This document shows positions 11,916 through 25,500 of a DNA stretch of 64,000 nucleotides, one piece after another. The translations under genes and the position numbers were made by a program. Under the pieces are notes generated by a model. The model was not told where the DNA came from. It saw only the letters and a program-made list of their open reading frames with translations, and did not search any database. How positions within the stretch are numbered: position 1 is the first letter of the stretch; every line of letters starts with the position of its first letter. The stretch is from Podarcis vaucheri (taxonomy: Eukaryota): assembly GCA_965113315.1 (NCBI GenBank), contig OZ220377.1; one strand, given 5' to 3'.

Positions 11916-13460
11916 GTCTCCTCCCATGTGAATCTGTGCATCCTTTAAGAGCAGCTGTGGTGGCCCATTAGTGTGTTCTGTTGCTCTGTGTGGTTTGTGG
12001 CAACATGCAACACGGCTTCCTTAGCCGCAGAGCCCTGTCTGTGTTGCAGAAGTTATCAGGGCTCTTCACCCTCAGGTCTGTTGGCCTGCAACTCCCAGCA
12101 TCTCGGCTCCTGACAGTGTTTGAAGGTTGCTCTCTTTAAAGGATACTTTTCTTCTGTTGCTCTTTAATTTTATTAATTGCTAGCCCTGCCTTCCCCCTGC
12201 TTTAGACTTGAATTGTGTTGGCATTAAATGAGGGCGGGTTGCTGTTAATTTTATTTTTGTGTTTGTTCTTACACTAGAAGCATTCTTTCGAAGGGAGAAA
12301 GACCAGATACATTATTTGTATAAACAAACTAGCAAAACAACTACATCAAAGCAGAGCTCTTTGCAAAGCCAACAGCTACCTTAGATTAAGAGAAATATTG
12401 ATAAACCTGAGCTTCTAGCCACCCTAGAACAGATGCCAGGTCAGAACCCGTGTAATGGAGTGGAATAAGGACTTAGTAATGGGAGATGCTTGATGGGACA
12501 AAGTTTCAGCTTCTCCAGCATTCAGCAACTCACCTGCGCTCACTTCCCTGTATTCCCAGATCCCACCCTGAATAGCTGCTCTCCTGCAGCTAGAGCCAGG
12601 CTTTGAGAGAGTGGAAAGAAAGATGATAAGCACCACCAGTGTCAGCAGTTTCTTCTAAAGCACAGCAGAAGTCTGCAGAAGCAGTTGAATCCCCTTTCAG
12701 CGATAAAAGAGAATGAGAAGGAAAAGAGAATGGAATGAGCATACACCTGCCACAAACAAAGACAGATACTCCTTCCGAAAGAAGTGCACGGAAAAAGAGA
12801 ATCACTGTCTCGAGCCAATGTGTGCTCACTGCACCTCAGCTTAATGCAGGAATGTAAAAAGGACCTGGCTGCTTGGATCAGGCCAAAGACCTACAAAGTC
12901 CAGTTCAGCATCATGTTTCCCACTGTGCCTCAAGAAGCTTATCATTGCTACCTTTTTTGAAGGATCAAATTCCATAGTTTTAACTTTGCGCTGTGTGAAG
13001 TTTCGTTGGATGACCCCACGGTATTAAGAGATGATAGTACATATTATGAGAGAGGGAGAAAAGCCTATCTCTATTCACTTTCCCATCTTTTTATACACAT
13101 CTACCATGACCTGTTTTTTCCCCTAAACTAAGTAGCAGCAAATGTTTTAACCATTTCTCCTAGGATATTCAATCCAGATCTTATCTGGGAGGAAGAGGGA
13201 GTCTTCCCTTCCATCAGGATCTTTCTGTCCCTATCCCCACATCAAAATAAAGTTTGAGAGAGAAATGCATTGCTCTTGCCACCACAAGCTACTTTAATGT
13301 CCAGCTCTCTGGGCATCGGGTGGACCCTCCTGTTGCCACCTCAGTGGGAACACCTCAAAGTGACATCTCTTTACAAACACTGGGTGAAGAGCTACTCTCA
13401 AAGACCTCTTTATTATTTTATTTGACTTCTCTAAAAATGCAGAGGATCTTTTTCGCTTTA

Positions 13461-13484
13461 ACCACCACCACCACCACCACCACC
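13461..13484. repeat. (ACC)n trinucleotide repeat
   Basis: Direct reading. Confidence 0.9.
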
Positions 13485-14091
13485 TGAATAATTTACCATG
13501 GCTGGACATGAGGGAATTTGCAGTGGAAAAACCTTCAGCTATGCTAAACCAAAATATTATTTACCATTTACTTGGTAATGCTGATCTCCGCCTTCTAAGG
13601 AAAAAAAATATTGATTTAACAGGACTCAGCAGTTTGGGGGTTCTGCCAGTGCTACCTAAATATAGCTCATGAAAAACAAGTGGATCCCGTAATGGGGGGG
13701 GGGAGTGAAGAGGATGGGGGGAGAAACATACAGCATTCTTCCAACTCTGTTTTATCAAACTAGGTGGGGAGAGGCCTTTTTCATCCAGAGAAGAGGCGTG
13801 CTGCAGCCCAGATGCACCTGAACCTTTGTTTAAAGGCAAGAATTTGCTGCTCCCGCCCCCCCCCCCATCGTCTGAAACATCACTGCACTTGAGCAGGAAG
13901 GTGGGTGTAATTGCCTACAGACAGCGTGACCTGGAACTGCCAAGAACCTGGCTGGCTTCATGCCTTTCCTGGCCTTCTCCACTTTGCCCAGTTTGAGAAC
14001 AACAGGATCCTGGAGAAAGAGGAACCTCTGCAGCGGCATTCTGAGCTGGGTTAAGAGCCAGGAATAGCCACACACCCATGAGATTTTTAAT

Positions 14092-14205
14092 GGCACAGGT
14101 TTTCGTGGTCTACAGCTTTGCCAAAACAAATTTGTTAGTCTTTAAGGTGACAGAAGACTCTTTTGTTTTTGCTGCAACAGACTAACGCAGCTACCCTTTT
14201 GGAAG
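14092..14205 (+). mobile_element. Penelope-like terminal fragment (older subfamily)
   Basis: TTTGTTAGTCTTTAAGGTG..GCTGCAACAGACTAAC..GCTACC, the same layout as the 27.1 kb copy. Confidence 0.45.
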
Positions 14206-14869
14206 AAGTCCACGAGATGGAGAGCAGCTTGACTGTTGCCACTGTGAGCTGTTTACTCTGGAGAAACCTTGAGAGAGTTCAAAGCTCCAAGGTGAGGTGT
14301 GCTGCCAGGATGGGCCATAAGCAAGAAGGATCCGATAGCAGAGTCTGCCTTGCTGTTGTTTGCAGGTAGGGGGAAAATGGAGTTGGGTTGGGTCAGTGTG
14401 GTAGTTAGCAGAAGAGACCTTTTGAAGTAAGCGTCCTTGAGGCATTAACCTGAAATGGAAAGGCTGCATGGACTGAACCATTCAGCCCTCCAGAAAGGAT
14501 AAAGGACCTACAAGTAGGAACTGGCCTTGCAGAGTTAACAAGCCCAGCAGCTTGGAAGTGAGAGACACAAATTACATAGTGCAAGAGAGCGGACCTTCTA
14601 CAGTATCTGATCCTCTCTATGGAGAGCACACTGGTTAGACCACAGAAACAGGGGAAGACTTGGCAACTTTATGTTTGCAGACTTTCTAGGTAAGTTTCAG
14701 GAAAACAATAGCCAGCAATGCACCTCTTCCACATATCCACAAGTTTGTTTCTAATCCAGAGCATCAAAGGTTAGAATTGTGAAGCTCCTCATCTTCTTTT
14801 TCCCCCATTATGGCTATTGGGGGGGTGATTATTGGTCTGCTCTGAATCCTCAGTCAGCTTCTTTGGATG

Positions 14870-15305
14870 TTCCCAAGTTCTAGTGTTATGATAGGGAGAA
14901 AAACTTTTCTTCTCTATCCACTTTCTGCATTCCATGCATACTTTTATACACTTCTATCATGTTGCCTCTTACTTGCCTTTTCTCTAAACTAAAAAGCCAC
15001 AAAGACTGCAGTCTTTCCTTGTTGTGGAATCCTTCCACTCTCTTGATCATTCTGGTTGCCCTTTTCCAACACTACAGTACCCTTTTAGAGGTGAGGCAAG
15101 CAGAACCGTAGACACTATTCCAAAGTGAGTGCACCACACGTTTTCTGTGACAGCATTATGATATCAGCAGTTTATTTTCCATTCCTTTGCTAACAATCCC
15201 TAGCACGCAATATGCCTTTTTTTACAGCTGTCACATGATGGGTCAACATCTTCACTGAGCTATTCGTGACTCCAAGGTCTCGCTCCTGGTCAGACACCAC
15301 CAGCT
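14870..15305 (-). mobile_element. CR1 LINE ORF2 3' fragment
   Basis: TTTTCTCTAAACTAAA..TTGATCATTCTGGTTGCCCTTTT..CAGAAC..ACACTATTCCAA resembles the antisense of the CR1 RT C-terminus; a related piece lies at ~12990-13170. Confidence 0.6.
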
Positions 15306-18300
15306 CCAGCAACTGTGAGTCCTTGATCACAGAATCTATGGCATTCTTCTGAAACTTTTAACAGCATTAATGCCAGCATTTCTATGTTGTAATGGGTATT
15401 TTGATTCATTTAAAACTTTGCATTTTACAGCATACATTTGTGTACCATGGGTTTTGAGTATTTGGTGCAGCCTCTCCACTGAGCTGCAGGAGAGGAGGAG
15501 GAGGACTGCAGGGCCTCTCTATCAGTGCTGTGGAAAGACCAGCAACTTTTGGCACCTTCTCTCCTGGAAATCTTTTGGCTTTAGCTGCTCATTACCATAA
15601 CTTTGTTAATTTAAAGAAACAGTGCCCAGATTTGGATTTTCCTCCTCCCTCCCCAACCCATTTTCCTTATGCCTCATGCTTTTTTAGACAATAAGCCTTG
15701 AGGCTAGAGACTGTGAGTGAGTATACATTGTGTGATAATGTGCATTCAAGGCTGCAGATAGGCATCTTTTTGGGATGCTGTACACACAATGCCATCCCCA
15801 TGTTGTCTCTGTTCCACTGTATTTGTCAATCCAAAGCACATTCTGCTGAAACAGTTTTAATCTGTTTTGTGCCGAGAATGCATTTCTCAAGCACTTCCTG
15901 CCTACATGTGCATTTGTGAATTATGCTTACAACTTCCACAAACTAAAATGCATTCATCAGCCCTCTGCTGATGCACTTTAAATAAGCTTTCCAAGCTGAG
16001 TTCAGCCTCTCCTCTCTACCCTCTCGGGTAAATTTAAGGACCTCCCTTGCAAGGTCTTCTTAGATAAGGGACTTCAATTTTTTTTTCAATTAGGGAATTG
16101 AAACCAGGATCTTTCATATGCACGCATATGCTCCACCATGGAGCTTCACCCCACCTAATCCCCACAGATACCGCGAACAAGTCAGTTTCCCCATCTCTCT
16201 CTCTTGAACAATTTTTTAATGGGAAAAGGTTGCAGGACATTTGGTGTCACCTAAGTTTTGCTGATGCAGGGGAAAGCCTTCAACACCAACTAGATGAAGT
16301 AGGTGAGTAATTTTGGTGAAGCACACATGGGATTTCCTGGAGACATGCATGATCAGCAAGAGCGGAGAAGGGGGGGGGGAATCTGTGCCCCCAAAGGGGG
16401 CTAAGTCAGCAACAGGAGCAGCAGCTACCTACTGTCCTGCTACTGCTGCTGCTGCTCAAAAGAAGGATCCCATCTGAGGAAGAACAAGGGAAGGCCTGAA
16501 GCTGGCAAAGGGAATAAAGACGCTGCGGTGTAAAGCTGCCTCAGGAGCCTCCCCTGAATCCCTGCTCAAAGAACACCTCATTCATCACTTTTAAGCAGAA
16601 GTGGCTCACTTGCTGGAGATGGGGGCGGGAGGACAAAAGGAGCAACAATGGTTGGCGCTTGCAGCCAGGCAGCCAGCCGCAAACTGACACATCGGCCTAC
16701 TGTTCCAGCTCACTGGGGAAGAAAGGAATTTCTGTATAAATCACACCAACCATCAGGTTTCTCACTTCCTGTCCACAGGACTTCCCGGCTCTCAGAACAC
16801 AACAACATGAAGGGACTCTCTCTCTATATATATATTGGGGGGGAATGGGAGAAGTTAATTTTTTAAAAAATATATATAAAGAGAGTCTCTTTCAGCTAAT
16901 AATGAAGCGAACAGTATATTAAGAAGGAAAACATTCAGCATTAACCTTGGAGGGGAAAGACAGAAAACCTTTTCATAATGCCCTGGCCACAAAACAACAA
17001 CTGCCAGTTAAATCAGCTCCGTTCCCCAGCCACTGCCAACATAAACTCAGGGGCAGCCATAGGAGAACATTTGAACCAACATCTTCCCCTCTTCTCAGTC
17101 TCCCCCTCTCCCCAACCAGGAAATAAAAAATAATAACAACTCAGGAAGGCTGAAGGTGCCAGCCATAGGCTTCAGAGCCGCACTTCTGCTGGCGCCACAG
17201 AGCAAGCAGACTCTGCTTTGAGCTCCAGACACGGCAGTGGAACCATAAAGAGGAGGTTGCCCTGCTCCGCACTTCTTAATTCGCCTTTGCTACAGGCTGT
17301 CAGTCAGGCAGGATGAGAAGTCCTTGCTGTGAAAAGGCACCCATGCAATTCTGCTGGGGGGGTGGGGTGGGGAACAGTAAGCGTGGAAGATGGATTTGAA
17401 AGATCCATTCGGAAGAATGACACCTCAATGCGGGGACTCTGGTTTGGGGTGAGGAAAGAACTCTCTCCCTCCCTGTGTTAAATTGGGCCACTGACGTATT
17501 CTGCTTAATCCCTTCCCCTGTATGGTTCAACTTGGCTCAGAATGAGTAATTTCCAGAGTGCAACTCTGTTGCAGCAGAAACAAAGCATCTTAAAGACCAA
17601 CCTTTAGAATTTTAGGGATAATTTTTATTATTATTATGGTATAAGCTTCCCTGGACGACAGGCTACCTTGACAAACACATGAAATGTTACCCCGCCACAA
17701 AATGTAGTGGTGGTCTTGATGGCCGTTGGTGCTTCTGAAACTGAATCGGACAAATTCATGGAAGAGGAGGAAGACGAGATCTAGTAAATTAGTTGTACTT
17801 AACATTTACACAGACAGCACCTTCCAATCCTCAAAGTTCTCGCAGGCATCTAGTTTTAATCCTCACAATCACCCTTTAAAGTTAGGAATAAACATCCCCC
17901 ATACTGCGGATGGAGGAAAGAGAGGCAGGGCAGACTGCCATGCAAGTCTGTTAATAGCCTTAAGTCACACTGGCTAAAGGACACACACACACACCAGTTG
18001 CTGAGGGACAGCTTTTATCCACTGCTTGTGGACTGGATGGCCTGATACACAGGGCTTCCTCTTAGATGCTGGATAGCTAAGAAAGTTAACAGGACTGTAG
18101 GAGTTACAAGGTTGTAAGCAGGGTGGCTGATCTCTGTTAAGTCCTGCCATAGGGTGGGAGGCAGGGATGCTAGGCTGCCAACTTGTTTTTTAATGCAGCA
18201 TCAATAGTGACACAGTACGGGGCAGATAGTATAAAATAAAGAGGCAGCCAAATGAGAGGGAAATGGAAATTATGCATAAATGCAGTGACGTATTTTGGTT

Positions 18301-19104
18301 TTATTTATTTCCCATTTACTTCCAACAATTTGTATGCTGTTTAATGACAGCTATTTCTAAGTGTTGCACAAGAGACCCAACACAATAAAGGCTAGAAAGC
18401 AGTTAAAACTGTAAAATCAGAATTCAATTTAGAAGTCTGCTGGAGTTTTTAGAAGAATCCAGTAAGCACCAGAAGTTCAACATGGGGTGTGTGTGTGTGG
18501 CCTATGTGACCTCAAGTGGTCTGAGGACTTAAAGAACTAAGACAAGACCTTTCAAAAATAAACGGAGGCAAGTTCTGAGTTCGATATATTGCAGCAAGAG
18601 GAGAACACATCACTGAGGTGCTCTGGGAGATTATTACAAGCAGAAAGAAGTAAATGGACAGAGTTATTTAAGACAACCTCGAACCTTTTTTAGAGCTGAC
18701 AGTAGTGGAGTTAGATGAGAAAAGCTTGTAGGTTGTGTGTGTGTTTGGCTCAGATAGGGGAAGAGAGGTCTTTTGGCTTCTTTTTAGCCCTGAGGAGGCG
18801 CAGGAAGTGAGGTCCTTGGTGGAGCTACAAAACCACCCAGACCTCAAATTCTACATGGTGCAAAATGAAAGCGCAGTGCCTCAAAATAAAATATACCATT
18901 AACTAATCAACCTGAAGCAGGAAAACCAAGGTAGACATATTCAGTTATGTCAAATCTGGACAATTCATTCCAATTAAGGGAGTTTTGACCAATATGCCCT
19001 AAAAAAAATGGGTGCCTGGATTTGAGCACAGAGAACATGATTGAAATGAAGCAGGTGGAGGAAAGAGATAAAACTGATAGCTAAGGCAAGTTATCAAAGG
19101 ATCT

Positions 19105-19120
19105 GCCGCCACCTGCTGGT
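19105..19120 (-). promoter_or_regulatory. Candidate CTCF site
   Basis: Minus strand reads ACCAGCAGGTGGCGGC, a full match to the core CCASYAGRKGGCRS. Motif match only. Confidence 0.4.
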
Positions 19121-22100
19121 TTATACAGTTCTTCAGAGCCACAGGGTGGCTGCAACCCACTCACCACCACAGCACGAAGAGGGATCTGTCCGCTTAGCTT
19201 GCACACACAGTGATACATGCAAGGAAGGTTTATTATTCCTAGTAAAGTGCAGGAATGTAACACTGTCACAAAAAAAGCACCTGGCATAGTGAGTTATTTA
19301 GCAGGGATTTGAATACAATGCCCCAAACAGTAAATTCGCAATCAGGTAATCCAAATTCTGCACCAAGGAAACAGAACATCAATCTTACAATAAGCTTCTT
19401 TTCTGCGGTGAAGAGAGGGTGTTCTATTGCCCTCCATTTCGCCTGAGCGAGCCAGGCATATCCTCCAAACAGGTTCTCAAATCCACAGACACAGGATAGA
19501 TAGGTTTTGTCTGGCAGGACATCAGTCAGAGCATCAACATTAAGAATCATATACAGAAATGCGATGATGATGCCTTGCTAGGCAGCAACACCCAAATTGG
19601 TCGCACTACCAAGGCAAATGGGGGACAGTGGCTTCCATCTACAGACACTCATCATCCACAATGAATGGACACCAGCCATGCTGACATTTTCAGCTCAGAA
19701 ACGAGTTTTATTTTCTACAACTAGGAAAACAACATTTCTAACAATCTTCTCAGATAAGCAAAAACCATGGCCACCTACTTTCACCAGCCTGAGTCCAGGG
19801 CAATGAGGGAAGTTAAGGAAAACTGATTTGTATCCAAACAGAGTAATCTGTTACCTGTGTCTGGCTAACAAGAGAAAGGAGTTCCTTCAAAACAATGAGA
19901 GAATGCTGAGCACATACCTTCTTTTCAAAAGAGGTCTCTTAGTAGACTTGACTTAGTAGAATGCCACTAACAAAGTGTACATACAAATTGTGCTTTTATA
20001 TATTAAACAACCATATAATCTTCTCAGCTCCAAGTACTCAGAATGAGGAAGGTCTTTTCCATATGGATTTTCAAAAACAAGAAGGCAGTTGTTGGCTGTA
20101 CTGAAGTGGGATCCCTTCCCATTATAGAAAAGTTTCTTCCTTCTGCATAGATGGATTCTGAAATGACCAGCATATCATGACTCAAAAAAACCCATGCATT
20201 TCAGTTTGTCAGGACATGGTCGCTTTTAAAAAATGACAGCAATTATAACACAGTGACCTATATTGATAGTGAGCTATCAAGGGCCCAAGCCCTTGTATCA
20301 TTGAAATGTAATGGCTAGAATGGTCAGAAATCTTACAGCGGGTACTAATTTTGAGATAGGAAACAAAGGGTTAACCTTTAAACCTTCACACCCAATGAGC
20401 TACAAACAAGTACCATACCCCAAATCTACACCTAATACATACCACAAAGGGCCACTGTTAACATATTTTCCTTTGCTCAGTAGAGTCCACCATTTTCAGC
20501 TCCCTGTATTTCCACTCCTCTCTTTCAATAGCTTCCATATTAGTATGGACCGACCTACATATATATATATCTGAAACTCCATGGGGGAAAGGCATAGCTT
20601 CCCCCTTCTCCAATCACTACTCCTCCATTCTCAGTCAACCTCCCCCCCCCCAACTGCTTTGCAGCCTAAAAAAGGGATGTTGGGGTGCATTTGCAGGTGG
20701 TAGCAAGTAACACCTCGATTGGTCCAGAGCCTCAGTTACTTGATTTGGCTCTTGTCCGTTGGGTTCCTGGCTGGCACAGCAACCTACAATTCTCTGTTTG
20801 ACAAGCCAAGTGTGTTGCTGCCTGTGGGTGTGCATAAAGAAACAGATTGTGTAGCATTTAGGAACCTTGCTATAGCAAGTGACTGAAGTGCCATCATGTA
20901 ACACCCAGCCAGCTTCACACCTCCTCTTGACACCACCCAGAAGTCACAAAGAAATCCCATTCAGAAGCAAACAAGAGTTCAGCCAAGAATCTTCTGTCAT
21001 CCTCTTTGAATACACCATGTCTAAAGAAGTCTTTACACTGAGCTAATTAAAGAGAGAGAAGTAGGCAAGCTGAAACCCTTTAGCCATTCTGAGTAGCATT
21101 TGATCGTCTTGTCTCTTTCATTCCCACCCAGTGGCTACACAATCAAAAAGGAGGCTTGAGGGGCTGCACAGATAAGATGGGCTGGATCAGCTTCAAAGAA
21201 AGGATGCTCCTGCAGGTACCAGAACAGCAGGCAGCTACTAGGACATTCTGCTGAAAAAAACATTTCCTGCTTTCGCCAACAAATCTGCATGAACAATTAA
21301 CCTAATTACACTAGCAACCACGTTCCAAATTCAAATAATCTTATCCTTACCAACCCATTCTAAGATCACACGCATACATGTTTTTAAGTGAATTCCATCA
21401 TTCTGCAACCCCAACCCACCTGTTCATAATAAAGTTGTTCAGGTTTTGCTCTAGCTGCTTTTAACAACCAAATATGAACGTTGAACACTTATCCTATCAC
21501 CTGCTAAAACAGTGACTAAAACAGAAAGCAGGCTCTGTTCACCTAGGGTAGCCAACCATGTAATCTGGAATGACAGTGAAAAATGCAGATGCTTTTTGTT
21601 GTAATACCATTATCTAAATCACTGTATTTTCAGAGCTGGTTGTTGATAAATGAAAGTCACTTTTTATCCTGCATTGTTGAGTGGCACAATATAAGGGCTG
21701 CTACTGATAGGTAAATTTACATGATGTTACAGTCTTAAAAAGGGGTTCATGCCATCACTGGCAAGGATTCAAAAGACTAGCTCATTTTAAGAGTGCAAAG
21801 CACTCTGTGCTTGTGTTTCTTGAACAGCACATGCAATGCAGCAAGCTGATTTTGAAGCTGTTGGGTATTTTTGCAGTGGAGCTGAGAAGCAGTTTGCAAT
21901 AGTTCTAGGAAGAAAGGTCAGGGAGGCAGAGCTATTACTTAAGTTACCATCCACTTACAGACATTCTCATTTCAGGGCAGGGTGAGAGCCAACCATGTAT
22001 CCTGTTTACAGTGGAATTCTGCTATAATGAACCACGAGAACTGGCATTTGTATCTAGCAGGAACAGGCAGCTGCCCAAGACGTTATCAAGATCTACCAAG

Positions 22101-22572
22101 AACAGTAACATAAAATAGCCTCAACAATCTGGTGCCATCCCTGATGCTTTGGACTACAAACCTCATCAGCATCAGCAAACATGACTGTATGATGCTGGAG
22201 GTGATGGGAGTTGTAGTGCAAAATCTTTGGATGACCGCAGGCTGGCAACGGCTGCCCTAAAGTTGGGCAGGGTGGTTAAGGACTATGGAAGTAGTAGGAA
22301 GATGAGGTAGATACAGTGCATGGCAACAGAGTCATAGTTCTGCTCAACATCCAAGGGGTGAAAAAAGCGGGAGAGTAGCAGAGGACATGTCCTGCCTCAT
22401 AAGTCCTACAAAAAATCTAGAGCAAGTTCCAGAGTGCAGTTGTCTCAGAGGACAACTCCCTTGGCACCTGCCTACCACTAAATGCCTTGCTGCTACAATC
22501 TTCAGACAACACAAGGAGGGAGCTTAGCACTAAGATGAAACTGAGAAACAGAAGAGGCTCAGAGCCTGTTAC

Positions 22573-25500
22573 CTTCAGGTTTTCTCCTGCTGAAGGAGAG
22601 TTGAGGGGGCCAAACATCCTGCAGCACATTTCCTTCTCCTTCAGCATGTAATTTCTGTAACAGCTGCAAAACAGGGCAAACTGTATGATCACAGGGTGTC
22701 CACCAGCCGAGTTTAAAAAACAACAAGGTATTGAAATTAAGCCTGCCCAGAACTCGAGTGCTTCCTCAGAAATAGGAGGCAAACTGTTCCAGCACAGGCA
22801 CACAGCAGTTGCATCTGGCCACTTTTTGCCCTTGTTTCAATGCTCAAAACCCCCATCTCCTTCAGCATAGCTCACCGTGTACACAGCTTTGGTGATGTCT
22901 GAAACAAAGGCTTTGCCAAACAAAAGTCAAACCCAGCATTTAGTCTCTACTGTAGAACATGGCCAATATGATTAAACTTAAGTTATAGTTATTCATGAAC
23001 AGAGCAGCTCAGCAGCTGAGAGATCTTGCTTTGTGCATGAAATTCCACAATACTTTTCAGTTGTGTTTATACCTATGCAGAACACCTGCCAAGTATGGAA
23101 GCCAGAGCTGTTCTTACTAAAACACTGCCAAAAATCCATGTGTTCAGGAAAAGCAAGGCTCACAGATCTGCTGGCGCTCTATTTCCAAGCATGTTTCAGA
23201 GGGGCAGCTTTTGAGGACCAAGGAATTCCCCCTCATGGCCAGTACACTTCCCAGTCCAGGGAAAGGAAGCACACAAATGAGGGAGTAGAGGAACAGGTGG
23301 CCTCAGCAAGCAAGGTTTTGCCAGTCTTTTGCCGATGAAGAAAGCCATCTTAAGTGAAGGATAAACATGGCCCAAGCTTCTCCTAACAGAACAGGAAAAG
23401 GCTGCCTGTCAAAGGACAGGCAAGGCAAAGCCACAAAGGCTAGTTGCCTCCGTAAGGCATTCATTCAAGGAGAGCCAGGGAATTGCCTTGTTATCCCTTC
23501 CCAGTACTGCCAAGGAAGGAGAACTCTATTCCCTCACACTCTACATACAGCACTGCCATGGTTTTGATAACCACATGTTTTTTTCCTGGATTAAACAGAA
23601 CTCCTGAGGATGCTCCCAAAGGTGGAAAGGGGGTGGTACCCATGCACCTGAGGCTTGCCCCACTGCAAGGACATTGACCAGTTTACAGAGTTTGGGATTC
23701 AATACCCCTAAAAGCTTCCCGTGCTCCCACTTACTCAGTCTGCTAGACAGTTTAAACATAAGAGTACAGAGGCTTCAACACCACAAGGAATAAATCTGGA
23801 CAATTATATACAGAGAAAGCAGTTCACAGCTAACCGATTATCCTAACTTCAGTAAAGAAATAGCTCCCTCACCTGGCCAGCTTCTTCAATTCATTGTTAA
23901 TGCAATGGTTGAAGGGCTGCTGTTTCTGAGCTTTCACCAAAAAATCCCGAGCTCTCTCATACTCTGCCAGAGAGAAACATGCCTAGTAGACAAAAGAATC
24001 ATCATCATTGTTTAATTTGGTATGCTGTTCCTCAGGGGTGTGGAAATCCCAGCATGGCCACAAAGTTAACAACTAGCAAAGAGAAAACTCACCAGTACTA
24101 GCAATGTACAGAAAGCCCAGGAAAGGAAAAGCTGTGCATGGTCAGATGTGCACCTGGAAACTTAAAACTTGTTGAATCAACTGCCCTAAAAAAACCCTGG
24201 CTGCCATCCCATAGATTGAATGATGCAAGTAGAAGGGAGATTAAGTAGAGTTTTGAGTGGGAGGTGTGCCGCAGTCTTATCCTGCAAGGGATACTGTGCT
24301 CAGCCTGGCAACGATAAACAAAACGTTCAAGGGAAGGAGTTGCAGAAGTGTTTGAAAGTGGAAAAGATTTTGCCGCATAAAGTGCTTGCAAAGGCTAGAT
24401 GGCCACCTGCACCTCCTACATTAGACTAAGTGGCCTCCAGGGTTTCTTCCAGGTTGAGGTGCTCTCATCCATTATTTTTATTGCCCTCCCCATCAGGCAT
24501 TTGAAACCTGGAAGACTAAGTCCACAGCTGCTCCTCCTCCTCACCTGAGCACACCTGAAGAGTGCTTTGGCATTCTTCTCATCCAGCTTCAAGGCCTTCT
24601 CTCCGTAGACAAGTGCCCGAGTGGGCTGCTCTAGTTTCAGGTAAGTAAAAGACAAGTTCAGGAAGACCAGAATCTTGGCAGCATCAACTTTGACTTGCTC
24701 AGCTTCTTCAGCATTCACACGGTGCAGCAGTGAAGAGGCCTAATCAGGGATCGCAAACAAGTGCTGTCATTTTATAGTCTTACACAAAACTTATATTGAT
24801 TGTCGTACACATTGGGCTGTGTGGATATTGACTTAGGAGACAAACATTTCCACGTAAGAAAAACACTATCAAGCAAAAATATTCTCTCATTTGAGGGCCA
24901 GTTACATATTTACATTGTAGATTTTGAAAAAAAAAAATGGGCTAAACTGTATTTTTTCGCTTTAGGAATCTAAAGCAACTCTGATGGGAAAGCATGAAAT
25001 AAGATTACAATGAACAATTAAGGTGGTTAAGTGACAATATAGCGCTTTTAAACTGTTCAACTAAACATTATCTTCCATCAGATCACCCACTCCTTTCTCA
25101 TTTTACATTTCAAAATAATTCCAGGAGGTGATCAATTCCCATCTCACATTTTGGGGGCAACACTTTACAGCAGCCTTCATCAATCTGGCAGTCCTCCAGA
25201 TGTTTTGAGCTACAACTCCCACCAGCACAGTCAGCACACTCTGTCTTGGCCAGCTAACAAAGGAAGCAGGGTGAAGGAGGGAGTAAATAAGTATAATATG
25301 CAAAGTTAAGTGTGCTGGCCAGGGCTGATGGGAGCTGTAGCCCAAAAGCTCTGGAGGGTACCAGACTGGTGAAGGCTGACCTAAAGAAGTTCTCTGACTT
25401 CTGGAGACCAGCCCTGCCCTTTGCTTGACCAGAAAAGACCACCAAGGTACAAATACTAGCATGATGGAGAATGGAAAATAATTGCAAAAGGCAAGTTACT

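Noticed and set aside
1-22400. Absence of FZD9 downstream of FKBP6 as a synteny break
   Set aside because: As I recall, FZD9 lies tens of kb from FKBP6 in mammals, so it may simply be outside the window.
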